From positions 3,132 through 31,994 of the forward strand of contig JAAOMT010000224.1 in assembly GCA_016748015.1 (NCBI GenBank): a stretch of 28,863 bases of DNA, read 5' to 3'. The position numbers and the translations under genes are program-made. The notes beneath the pieces were generated by a model. That model was given only the letters and a program-made list of their open reading frames with translations. It made no database searches and was not told where the DNA came from. The stretch's first letter is position 1, and each line of letters begins with the position of its first letter. Below, piece by piece: positions 13,995 to 24,989 of the stretch. The DNA comes from Geosiphon pyriformis uo1 (lineage: Eukaryota > Fungi > Glomeromycota).

Positions 13995-14809
13995 GATGCT
14001 ACTTGTAGTAGCTTTCAAATTCACGAAAAATGGGTTATTAGGTAAAAAAATATTGATATAAATTAACAAAAAAAAACAAAAAACTTCTTTTCAGAAAATG
14101 TGCTTTTTGAAAATTTATTGGAGATAAAAAAGAAAGAAGATTTTTTTTAAAAAATTTTATATATTATTTATAAGTAAATTTGGTTAATATATACAATTAA
14201 CCAAATAATTCTTACAAATATATTTATTATGTTTGGAATTATTTTACAAATTTTTTTTTCTAAAGAAGCAAAAAAAGTTACAAGTTTTTTTTTAACTTTT
14301 TATTATATTCAAATCTCCAATTATCTTTTAAATCAATAATAAAAAAGAGTTTATAGCTAAAATAATCAAAAAATTAACAGAAATATAGCCAACTATTTAT
14401 ATTATAAATAGATATCTAAAATATACTTAATTTTAAAGATTAATTAAATGAGCAAATAATATATTTTAACAAAAACTTTCAAAATAAATAGAAAATAAAA
14501 AAACTAATAATTAGTTGTATAGTTTATATTAAGTAATATGTAAAAAATATTATTTTTATATTAATTGAATTATTTAAACAATTATTAATTTATTTTTATA
14601 TTTAGATATAATAAACACAAAAGTTTTTCTAGTTATTGGTTTTTTATTTTATTAAAAAATATTTAAACAAAAAACTTTACATAAATTAATTTCTTTTTGA
14701 ATTTTTTTTTAAACAATTAATTATACAAGAAAAATCTTTTTTTAATGACTTGAATATAGAACCAACTAATAAAAAACCAATTTAACAGAAAATCAAAAAT
14801 AATAATAAT

Positions 14810-15369
14810 TAGCAATAAAACAAATTACAACAACAAAATAACCAGTAATAAAAGCAAAATAACTAGTAACAAAATAATAAATGACAAAATAATTAGTAAT
14901 AACAAAATAATAGATAATAAAATAATTAACAATAATAACAAAATAATAGATAATAAGATAATTAATAATAATAGTAAGATAATAAATAATAGGATAATTA
15001 ACAATAGTAATAAAATAATATACAACAAAATAATTAGTAGTAGCAATAAAATAATAAGTAACAAGATAATTAACAACAATAACAACAAGATAATTAGCAG
15101 CAGTAATAAGATAATATGTAACAAAATAATTAACAATAACAACAAATAATATGTAACAAAATAATAGACAATAAAATAATAAACAGTAACAACAAAATAA
15201 TAAACAACAAAATAATCAGCAGTAATAATAAAATAATATGTAACAAAATAATTAACAGCAGCAAAATAATAGATAACAAAATAACTAGCAATAACAATAA
15301 AATAATTAGTAACAAAATAATCAGTAACAGCAACAAAATAATTTATACAAGATAATCAGTAGTAGTAAA
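14810..15369. repeat. A-rich minisatellite (~33-36 bp units built of AACAAAATAA modules), left half
   Basis: Recurrent AACAAAATAATCAGCAGTAACAACAAAATAATATGT-like units. Gives spurious poly-Leu/Ile ORFs on the minus strand. Confidence 0.85.
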
Positions 15370-18130
15370 TAGAGTTTTAATCAAATTGATTTAGTTTAAT
15401 TCAATTCTTTAAAATAAATTCAGTTTAAATTTGGCATTAAACTTTTTTGACAAGTCTGAATTTGGTTCAAGTCTGGTTTGAAATTTACAAACTTGTTCAA
15501 GTTTAAAAAAATTAAAAAAAAATATAACTTGTACTACTTGTTTATTAATTATTATTTTGTTTAATTACTATAATTAGTTAAAAAAATATATAAAACTATG
15601 TATAACAAATTTATTTTTCAACTCACCAAAATGAATTTATTGTTAGTATTATCTAATATTATTAAATATTTAAAATTTAAAATAACAGAATTTAATAACC
15701 CAAATAGTCCAAATATTAATATATTTAGTAAGTATAGTTTTCAAAGTAAAATGGGATTATTTTGATAAGTTTGAATAAATAAAAAAAACAGCTAAATGTA
15801 CAATCTCAAAATATACATATAAATCATTTTTTTGTGAAACTACAGATACTACCAAATTTTTATAGTATTATTTAGAGGTTTTCTACTAAACAGTATATAT
15901 TACAATGAAAGAATATTATAAGAAAAAGCAAAATGGTTAAAAACATTATAAGTTAATTCAAAAAATATTTTAATAGATAAAATTGCTATTTTTTTTTTAT
16001 GATTTTTGGCCAATTTAACTAAAAAACTGCTTTAGTTTTCTGTAGTAACTGCTATTAATATTAATAATAAAAAACTTTATAACATGATTACTATTTGGCT
16101 TATTAACTATTAGCAACCACTTTTTAAAGTAAAAAACTTTAAATTAATCAAAATATTCCAATATTTGAATCCTATTTTTCAATCTGTTTGTGCTAATATA
16201 ATTAAGAATAGAATCATTTTGGGTAAACAAAAATTAAGAATAAGCATTATTTTTATTATAAAATGTCTTTTTTTTTATCTATACTTATAATATAATAAGC
16301 ATATTTAAATACTATTAAGTCCAAAATTTTTTTTACATCAGATCTCTAAACATCTCCCAATAATAAAGTCTTTATTTTTATTATTACTCATTATATCAAT
16401 AACAATTAGAATCTTTAATAAACAATAATTAATTTTGAATTAATGAGTAAACAATATAATAAAATAAATATTATGAATAGCTTTTTGAAAGTATTAAAAA
16501 ATTATAGAATTACATCAAAGATATATATGTATATTTTTACATGAATTTGGATTAGTCAATAGTCAATGATCAAATTAGCATATTATACAGCATATTAGTA
16601 TTATCTGAAATTCAAAGTTATTACAATGTTCATATTATCAAAAATCATATTTTTTTAATATTGGCTTAAGTTAGTTTTTATAAAACTGAATTTTCGGCAT
16701 TAGTATTATTTAAGATTCAGAATTACTACAGTACTCATATTATTGAAAACTGCATTTTCTTAATGTTAATTTAAGTGGTTTTTATTATTGCTTTAAATTT
16801 TTAACCAAAAAAATTAAGAAAGAAAATTAAGAAAAAATTATATTTACTTTCTTTTTATACAAGTTTATCATTAATTTTATTAGTTATAATCTAATTTTTT
16901 TTGACAGTTTTTTACTATTACTCTCGATAATATTGCAAATAATAGTACTTTTATAAGAGAGTTAGCAAAAAAATTAAAAAAAAAAAACATTTAATAAAAC
17001 TCAAAAAACTTTTGATTTTAATACTTTAATTATATTCTAAATTTGGCAGTACAGATGATTTTAGATGAAATAAAAAATGATATTTCTAAGGTATTTATTA
17101 AAAATCCAAACTGAATATATTTACTTAAAATTTTATTAATATAAACTTTGTATAAATTAAAGATTAAAAAACTTAATTCTATAATTTGTATGTTGTCTTA
17201 ATGTTTTAAGTTTTTTGAACATATCTGTAATATATGTCAAATTAAATACTGTAAACTCATTTTGAATTGTTTTATCTGATAAAATTTTACTTATAACATA
17301 CTCAAAAATGAATTATCTCTTAAATTGACAAGTTATTTATTTTTGATTTTGTATATTTTAAATAAAAAAATTCTAATTGTAAATTTATAAGCATTAAACA
17401 TTCTTACTAGCACTTATATTGACTTCTATTAATATGTTATTTTACATAATTAGTAGACTGTTTTCAATAAAATTGCTAGATTTTTTGAACTATTTAAAAA
17501 TATTACAATTAAAATGTTAACCAGTTCAAATAATACTGCCTCCTCAATTATTTTTTTTTTTAATATCATTTTTAATCATGTCAAAAACACAGTTAATAAT
17601 AATAAATCTGGTAAAGTATTATAATTTTAATTGTATTTATTTAGTTATTTATTTAATATATTTAATATTAGATCTATTATTTATTATAACAGCTAAAACA
17701 ATAAGAGAAAAGTTAATTGAATATTACTTTAAAACAAATACAATTATAATGCTCTGTACTACATTGAATTTAAGAAAAAAATTTAATTATTTCACAAAAA
17801 AAAAATTTTTGGATAATAATATTAATAAAATAAAAAAATTATAAGTTATTAATTTATTCAAATAGTTTTATTTTTTAATTCTCACATGATAAATAAGTCT
17901 TAAGAATATATATTCTTTTTGAAATAAAGTATACACTAAATATTATACCAACATTAAATAACAGTTTTTTATTAAATAGCAATTTTAATAATATTATAGC
18001 ATTAATTATACAATTCATATTAGAAACAGACTTTAAAAATAATAATAAAAAAACTTGACAAAATTAATTATTATATCTCTGAAAAAATGACCAATAGAAA
18101 AATAAATGTAATAATATGGTAAAAGATATA

Positions 18131-21100
18131 TGATGCAAATCATTTATAATCATCAAAAATATAGATCAGCCTAAAATTTTAAATAATAATTTTTATGTGT
18201 TTTTATTTATATAATTAAATTTTATTGGTTAATATACATGTGTTTTTAATATATTATTTATAATAAAAAATAAAATTTTATTAAATTTTATATAATATAA
18301 AACCAAATACAGTATTACAAATTTTGAATATTATTTAATTTGTCTAATTCTTCAAGAATATTATTTGGAATTCTTCTATAAGATTTATACTTTTTTATAG
18401 CATATTCTATTAATTTTTTACTAAGACTTTTTTTATTCAAATTCATATAACACCAACATTTTTTTGAAAATTGTTTAATAATTATTAAAAATACCAATTT
18501 AAGACTTTTAGACACTGTTTTTTGTAATCTTTTCTATAAATAATTGTATTTATTATGTGCATATTTTTTAACAGCTCTCCAATATTTTTCAATAAAATTT
18601 AATTCACAATGAAATTTTGAAAAAAAATGCACTTATGTTCTATACTTTTGATTAATTCTTCAATTGTATTTTTTTGAGTAAAAAAATCAGATTCTAAAGA
18701 TATTATTTAATATGCACAACAAAAAACTCTTGATTTTTTCTTTGTATTTTTGGCATTTTAATATTAATTCTTTTGATGGCCATTTTTCTCATTCTATTAA
18801 TACTTGTTTAATTTTTTTAGGCAATCTTCGAAGTTTTTTATCTGAATATATTTCCAGAAAGATCATTTTTTTTGTAATTGATTATCTAATTCAAAAGAAG
18901 TATCTTGCATTAATAATTGTTTTTTATCTGAACTTAAATTCATTCTGCTTACAATTAAAGTATCTTTACTAAATACTGCATAATTAGAGCTATTATTGAA
19001 AGCAAATATGGCTGTACAATTTGGATATAATTTCTTAAAAATTGGAATTGCTTTATATTTAATTTGTTTAAAAAGATGATTTGCTATTCAATAACTATCT
19101 TGATTTATACTAGGTTGCAAATAACATTATGTTTCTTCTGATATATTAGAATAGTTTTCTATATCATTTTGTTGTAAATATAAATGTCTATCAATTTTAG
19201 TTAGAAATTCATTAATTATGATTGATTTTTCATTTTCTTTTTTTCTTAGTGGCAAATTTCTATGCTCAGCTTATATGTTATGCTTGCTATCATTTAAATA
19301 AAAAATACATTTATTATGAACTACAAGAACTCTTTTTTCTCTTTATTAAGTAAGTTAAAATGTATTCAATCTATAAATTCATCTTTATACTTTAACATAT
19401 ACTTTTTATGCTCATATATTTTTTCTAAAAATTTTTTTGAAATTGCAAAATGTTATTTCTTTCATGTTCATCATAATATAAGTCTTAATAATGTTGTTGA
19501 AATAAATAACCAAGAATTTTGAGCTATTTTATTGCAGTCATAAAACTAATAGTTTTTTTCTTCATTATTTTAATATTAGGAAATAATTCATGTTTAATGA
19601 ATTTTTAAATGTGGCTAAAATAGCATTAAAGTTTTGGTTTCTAATCTAAATATGATATCTTTCTGCAATATCTTTATTATTAATTATTCTAATTATTTTT
19701 TGGTGTTTTTTATGTTTTGATGTTAAAAGCTTATCATTAAACAACTAATACTTTACAAGATATCGAATTTTTTGTGCTTTCTATACACTACCATTAATAA
19801 AAATCTTTTGGGCAATTTTCAAACTGGCATTATTTTTTTATGTTCATTATTATCATTTAACAAGATAAAATATTTAAAAATAGCTCTTTTTTAATTATAT
19901 TCAAAGACAGTTAACTAAGCATGTTGTTTTTCTAAATTTTTTTTTAACTCTTGCTCTTTTTTTATTTAACTAGCATACAAATCAATCTTATTTTCTAAAT
20001 TGCTTAAAGATTTATTAAATTCAAACCATTGTAAATTTGTAATTTGAGCATCACTAATATTAAAAAAAGTGGTAATTTTTTTTAGTTCCAATTGTTGCTT
20101 TAGTGAATAAATTATTTGGTCTATATTTATTATAATAAGTTAACTTTGATATCTTTTTTATTATGTAAGGATCTTATTTTTTTTTTAGATAATTGTTATT
20201 TTTCTATATTAAACTGAGTTTTTTTAATTTTATATTTATTCTAATTACAGCTTTTATATCTTCTGTATTATTTTATCTACTGTCATTATTATTACCCTAA
20301 TTTCTATTACTAATATTCAGTTTGTTAAATTTATTTACTTCAATATTATGATCATTTATTGAAATAGTATAATGTGTTTTTTTATATAATTTTTTTGTAT
20401 TTCTAATTTAATCTTTAGCTTTTCTTTTTTTTTTAGAATAAAGTGGCATTTTTTATGTAATGTAATATTAATTTGATGTATAATTGGTGCTTGGACAAAA
20501 TTAAAGAATTTGAACCATGTAATATTGTACAACAAAATTGTATCACAATAAAAATGGCATTTTTAATTCAAGTATATATTTATTTTTTAAATCTTTTTGG
20601 TTTTAATTTAAACTTTAATTTCTGTTTTGTAGTTCTAAATAAGAAGCAATTAAAAAAAGCTCCTTTAGTATTCATCAAAAAAAATTTTTATTGGGATTGG
20701 AGAAATTATCTAAGTCGAAAATTCAGGTAACATTAATAAAAATAGTTACTACAAAAATCTTTTTGACTTATAATAAATTATTTATGAATTTACTGTTCAA
20801 AAAAAAATATTCAAAATATTATAATGTAATTAAAAAGCCAAAATTTTTAAACATGATTAAGATTGGTACTATGCACTTTTTTTTCATTAGTTGTTTAATA
20901 CTTGACATATGTTTTTTACATTACATCAACAAAAAATTCAAAAAAAATATTATCTATTTATGAATTTGATCAGAACTTGTAATTGATTTCAAAGATATTA
21001 TGTATTTTAATGATAATTTATGCATTTTCAAAAATGCTAAATTCTTATAAATAAAAAGTTTATTAGGCTTTTACAAAAAAATTTGGGTTTTATTTATTTG

Positions 21101-22170
21101 AACTAATATGTTTTATATATTTTTTGCATCAAAATAAACTTGTTAAAAAATGTATAATACTAACAAAAAAAATTATTTAAGATTATAGGCTTTAAGACAA
21201 TTTCAGTTTTTTTAATTATGGTAAAGCCAAAAATCTTTAATTCTAATCTGATTTTTCTAAATTAATACCAATTAATATAAGTTTTTTGATTATTGTGATA
21301 AGTTATTATATATTATATTCTAATAAGTTGTTAAAATATTCAACAATTAAAATTTTTTTTACAGTCTAGAAAACCAATTCTAAAACTAGATTATGATTTA
21401 GTCGAATACACAATAGGTATTTTAGTTATTATATTTCTCTTTGGTATAATTTATTATTCAAATATTAAATTTAACCAGAAATTTTTATTACAGGGGATTT
21501 TGTATATTTTTTAGATCTAAGCAATTTTTTAAACCACAATATTATAGTCATTGAAAGATTATTTGTGAATTCAAGGTAAGTATTCATATTATAATAACAC
21601 AAGGTTATAAATAGAATGCAAATAACATTCCCAAATTCTATGACAATTACTTATAGTACTTTTATGATTTCTTTGATGTTTGGTATAAACAATATTGATA
21701 TCTGGATTTCTGTTCTAATAATAACAACTGAATATAGTAATGATATAAATAGAATTTTCATGATTAATAGTGCTGTGTTATTAACAGAAGATATGCAGGC
21801 TGAAAGATATTATATTTTTATAAAAAAGTGACCATTTAAAAATTAGATTAATATTAATTAAAAGTCTTTTTAAAAATGATAATACTTTGATGATTTATTA
21901 CATAATAATGTAATTTTAATAATTGCTGATTGGCTAAAATCTGATTGATTGACATCCAAAAATTAAAGATTAATAATAAAAGTGGCTATTTTTAAACTTT
22001 AATAACTTTATAAATTATAATATAATTCAAAAAATTAAACCATAAATATAAAAGAGAAGAACTTAATTTATTATATTTACGATTTATTTTTTTAATATTA
22101 TTAAAATTAGAAGACTAGATACAATTTAAAATTATATAAATTGTTTGATGACTATAAATAATTTGCACTA
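18131..22170 (-). mobile_element. Tc1/mariner (IS630-type) DNA transposon, ~4.04 kb
   Basis: 27-bp TIRs TGATGCAAATCATTTATAATCATCAAA (18131-18157) vs revcomp TAGTGCAAATTATTTATAGTCATCAAA (22170-22144), 23/27 identical, all differences transitions. TA on both sides (18129-30, 22171-72). Removing it rejoins the hAT transposase. Confidence 0.9.
18315..20449 (-). pseudogene. DDE transposase of the fungal Tc1/mariner-IS630-like group
   Basis: Decayed catalytic motifs VLVVHNKCIFY (HDE), AIFAFNNSSNY (FDNS) and KFHCELNFIEKYW. C-terminal KKYKSYRRIP. Putative start MPLYSKKK at 20449. Confidence 0.85.
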
Positions 22171-22660
22171 TATTACAAAAAATATTTATCTAAATTAACA
22201 TTTTATTAATAATTTAATATTTAAGTACATCAAATACAATTTTTTTGTTTTGTATATATGACTTGTAATTATTTGGTAATCTAAAAATCATTTATTGCTT
22301 TTGAATTCACTTTTTCTGCAGATAAAAATATAATTACAGATATAAGATTTCGTTTAGTGTCTAAAATTATAAAAACAATACAATGTCTTTGATTATAAAT
22401 ACAGAGACTATTAAAAAAAAAATTAAATAATAATATAGTATAATATAATATTTTTAATAGTTAAACCTGAATATGTTTATAAACTTCGAACTAAACTTGA
22501 ACCAAACTTGTTACATGTATTTAGATTTAATTCAAGTTTAGTAATTTTAAGTCTGGTTTGAGTTTGAGTTTAAAATTTTGTCAAATCTTTTATTTGAGTT
22601 TGGTTTAGTTTGGTAGTTCTATCAAACTTAAACCAAACTGGACTAAACATCAAAATCCTA

Positions 22661-23110
22661 GCAAAAACAAGATAATAAGTAACAAAATAACTAACAACAA
22701 CAATAAAATAATATATAATAAGATAACTAATAGCAAAAATAAGATAATTAGCAATAACAACAAAATAATATATGACAAAATAATTAATAATAACAACAAA
22801 ATAATATGTAACAAGATAATTAGCAACAATAACAAAATAATAAACAACAAAATAATTAATAGCAACAACAAAATAATATGTGACAAAATAATCAGCAATA
22901 GTAAAATAATAAGTAATAAGATAACTAATAATAATAATAAGATAATTAATAACAAAATAATCAGCAGCAACAACAAGATAATATATAACAAGATAACTAA
23001 CAGTAGTAAAATAATAGACAATAAAATAAACAACAATAACAACAAAATAATTAGTAATAATAAAATAATAAATAATAAAATGATTAACAACAACAAAATA
23101 TTCAGTAGTT
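22661..23110. repeat. A-rich minisatellite, right half (same orientation as 14810-15369)
   Basis: Same unit structure, resuming immediately after the right hAT terminus. Confidence 0.85.
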
Positions 23111-23264
23111 GTAACAAAATAACTGAAAATAGTAATAATAACTATTAAATTAACAGTGTTATCAATGGTTTTTGTTACTATTGAAAACATTTTTTAGCTT
23201 AGCTGATAATATATACTACTATAATTATAACTATAAATTATAGTATATCATGAATATAGGTTAA

Positions 23265-23595
23265 TCTGAAGGTTTTGGTTAATCTAAAAGTTTTGGTTGA
23301 GCTCTTTATATAATAAACAGAGATTCAATAGTGGTTTTTAGTAGCCTTCTGAAATTGCAATTCTGTTGAATTTTTTTCTCAATGTGATGGCTGGTAATTT
23401 TCCTGGTAAGTCATTCTCAATTTTGTAAATGTTCTACTTTTGTTTCACAGATTTTTTATCAGTCTTTTTGACATTAATAATTCCATACATGATTCTTAAT
23501 CAATTAGTAAACAACAAAACAAACAAAAAAAAATAAATAAAAAAAATAAAAAAAAATAAAAAAATTAAGCCAAGACAATTAAATTAGTATTCTAT
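23265..23595 (-). mobile_element. 5' internal region of a minus-strand LTR element (continuation of the LTR at 24520-24989)
   Basis: Reverse complement is homologous to 24090-24410, which lies downstream of the plus-strand LTR and PBS (e.g. TCTGAAGGTTTTGGTT, GAAATTGCAATTCTG). Confidence 0.6.
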
Positions 23596-24492
23596 TGTTA
23601 CTCATAAAAAAAAACAGATATAGAAAATAGTAAACCAATAAAAGAATAGTAGTTAGCATGTGAGCACATTGCTCAGCAATATAGAGCAATATCAAAAATT
23701 ACAGCATATTATTTAGCAATGTGAAGCAATATTAGAAAATTAGAACATATTGCTCAACAATATGAGTATTGCTCAAAAAATCATAGCACATCACTCAGAA
23801 ATGTGAGTAATCTTGTAAAACATAAATTTATGTATATATAAGAGTAGTATTAGAAGCTAAAAAATCAGTCAAGTAGACTCTCAGAGTTAAGAAAACTCAG
23901 AGTTAATAGGACTTTCAGAGTCAATTAGATTTGCAGATTATAATTATTAAATACTCTTTCTTCAAAAAATAGAATACTATAACTTGAAGTGAAATTACTT
24001 CTATATTAATGAAATTATCTATTATTCTTAAATCTATATTATTATTTACTACTTAATTTGCTGACACAATAGCTCTTGATTATGGCTATTAACAGGACAC
24101 TTATTTCTTATTTTATTTTCTTTATTTTTTTATTTTCTTTTGTTATTTACTAAATTGATTAAAAGAATTAAGCACTGAGTTATTGATGTTAAGGATAACC
24201 TGATAAAAGACCCAGAAATAAGAGTAGAATTACATATATATTAATGGATAGCTTATCAGAAGAGCATAACTGCCAGAGTAAATCTGGTCACCAAGCTGAA
24301 AAAAAATTGGGCAGAATTGCAATTCCAGAAAACTACTACAATTACCACTAAATCTCTGTCTATTATACAAAAAACTCAACCAAAACCTTCAGACAAACAA
24401 CACCTTCAGATATCTCCAAATATTTTAATCAATTGAGCACCAAGTTATGGGTTTGTTATTTGCTTTGAAACCCCAAATAATGATTTATAACA
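23596..24492 (+). mobile_element. Truncated LTR retrotransposon: LTR 23596-24068 (TG...CA), PBS-like site, ~420 bp internal
   Basis: TGTTAC...GACACA ends. TATA-like GTATATATAAG at ~23832 and ~40-bp U3 tandem repeats. Followed by A-TAGCTCTTGATTATGGCT, matching the site after the minus-strand LTR. The 3' limit is uncertain. Confidence 0.6.
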
Positions 24493-24519
24493 TCATCAAT
24501 AGCTATGATCAAGAGCCAT

Positions 24520-24989
24520 TGTTCTAGTGTAGTTAAGTATTGGCAGCTATCAACATGAAATATTAATAGTTGGAGTTTGATGAATAGTTTTTAATCAAAT
24601 AATAACAACATGAATTGGATATGAATAAGTATTTTATTGATATTTTAATGATTTCATTTCAGTAGATATAAACTATTCTTGAAGTAATTAGTAGATGAAT
24701 AAGAAGGGAAGTCCAAACTAAGAGATCTGTCTTTTTTTGCTTCTAATGCTACTATTATATATACATAATTCTTTTTACATAAGAAATTCTTTTTCTTTGT
24801 TAAATTTTTTGCAAAATCTTTGATTTTCTGAAACATCCAAAATTTTCTGAAAAATCTTCAACTTTTCTGAAATATCTTGGATTTCCTGAAAAATTCTCTT
24901 TTCTCTTCTTTTATTCTAATTGGCTAATTTATAATCATGTGTTTTTTTTTTTGATTATGTATTATTTTTTCTCTTTTTTAAGTATAATA
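24520..24989 (-). mobile_element. LTR (~470 bp) of a related element, followed by PBS-like TGGCTCTTGATCATAGCT
   Basis: Shares the TATGTATATATAA..AGTAG.ATTAGAAGC core with the LTR at 23596-24068 and is similar in length. Ends AACA, then A-TGG. Its outer end coincides exactly with the start of LINE-B homology at 24990. Confidence 0.65.

Larger units (their letters stand above)
7385..14147 (-). mobile_element. Full-length decayed LINE (LINE-B), related subfamily, more degraded
   Basis: Same ORF1/ORF2 layout on the minus strand, with a 5'UTR similar to LINE-A and a T-tract (tail) at ~7381-7392. Possible low-complexity TSD TAAAAAATTTT at 7374-7384 and 14148-14158. Confidence 0.93.
15631..22420 (+). 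pseudogene. hAT transposase (BED finger, DDE, C-terminal dimerisation domain), intron-containing, split by an insertion
   Basis: BED-like KWDYFDK..AKC (~15750-15880). FTSDL*TSPNNK (first D, ~16335). ITLDNIANN (second D, ~16920). ILNLAVQ after the decayed CxxH (~17030). AKTIREKLIEYY..CTTLNLRKKF (~17690). Decayed WWK at ~18120. Dimer_Tnp_hAT-like MTCNYLVI*KSFIAFEFTFSA..RLVSKIIKTIQCL at ~22255-22390. Boundaries approximate. Confidence 0.85.
15370..22660 (+). mobile_element. hAT-superfamily DNA transposon (decayed), interrupted by a Tc1/mariner element
   Basis: Termini TAGAGTTTTAAT (15370) and revcomp TAGGATTTTGAT (22660-22649). Subterminal inverted repeat 15461-15506 vs 22461-22506 (38/46 identical). 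Internal hAT transposase remnants. The same minisatellite flanks both sides. Confidence 0.85.

Noticed and set aside
14825-15336. Poly-Leu/Ile 'membrane protein' ORFs (also 22570-23190)
   Set aside because: Antisense translations of the A-rich minisatellite.
23660-23925. CRISPR-like spaced repeats (AGCACATTGCTCAGCAAT; CTCAGAGTT; also TTTTCTGAAA at 24820-24895)
   Set aside because: Degenerate tandem repeats without unique spacers, lying inside LTRs, in a eukaryotic context with no cas genes.
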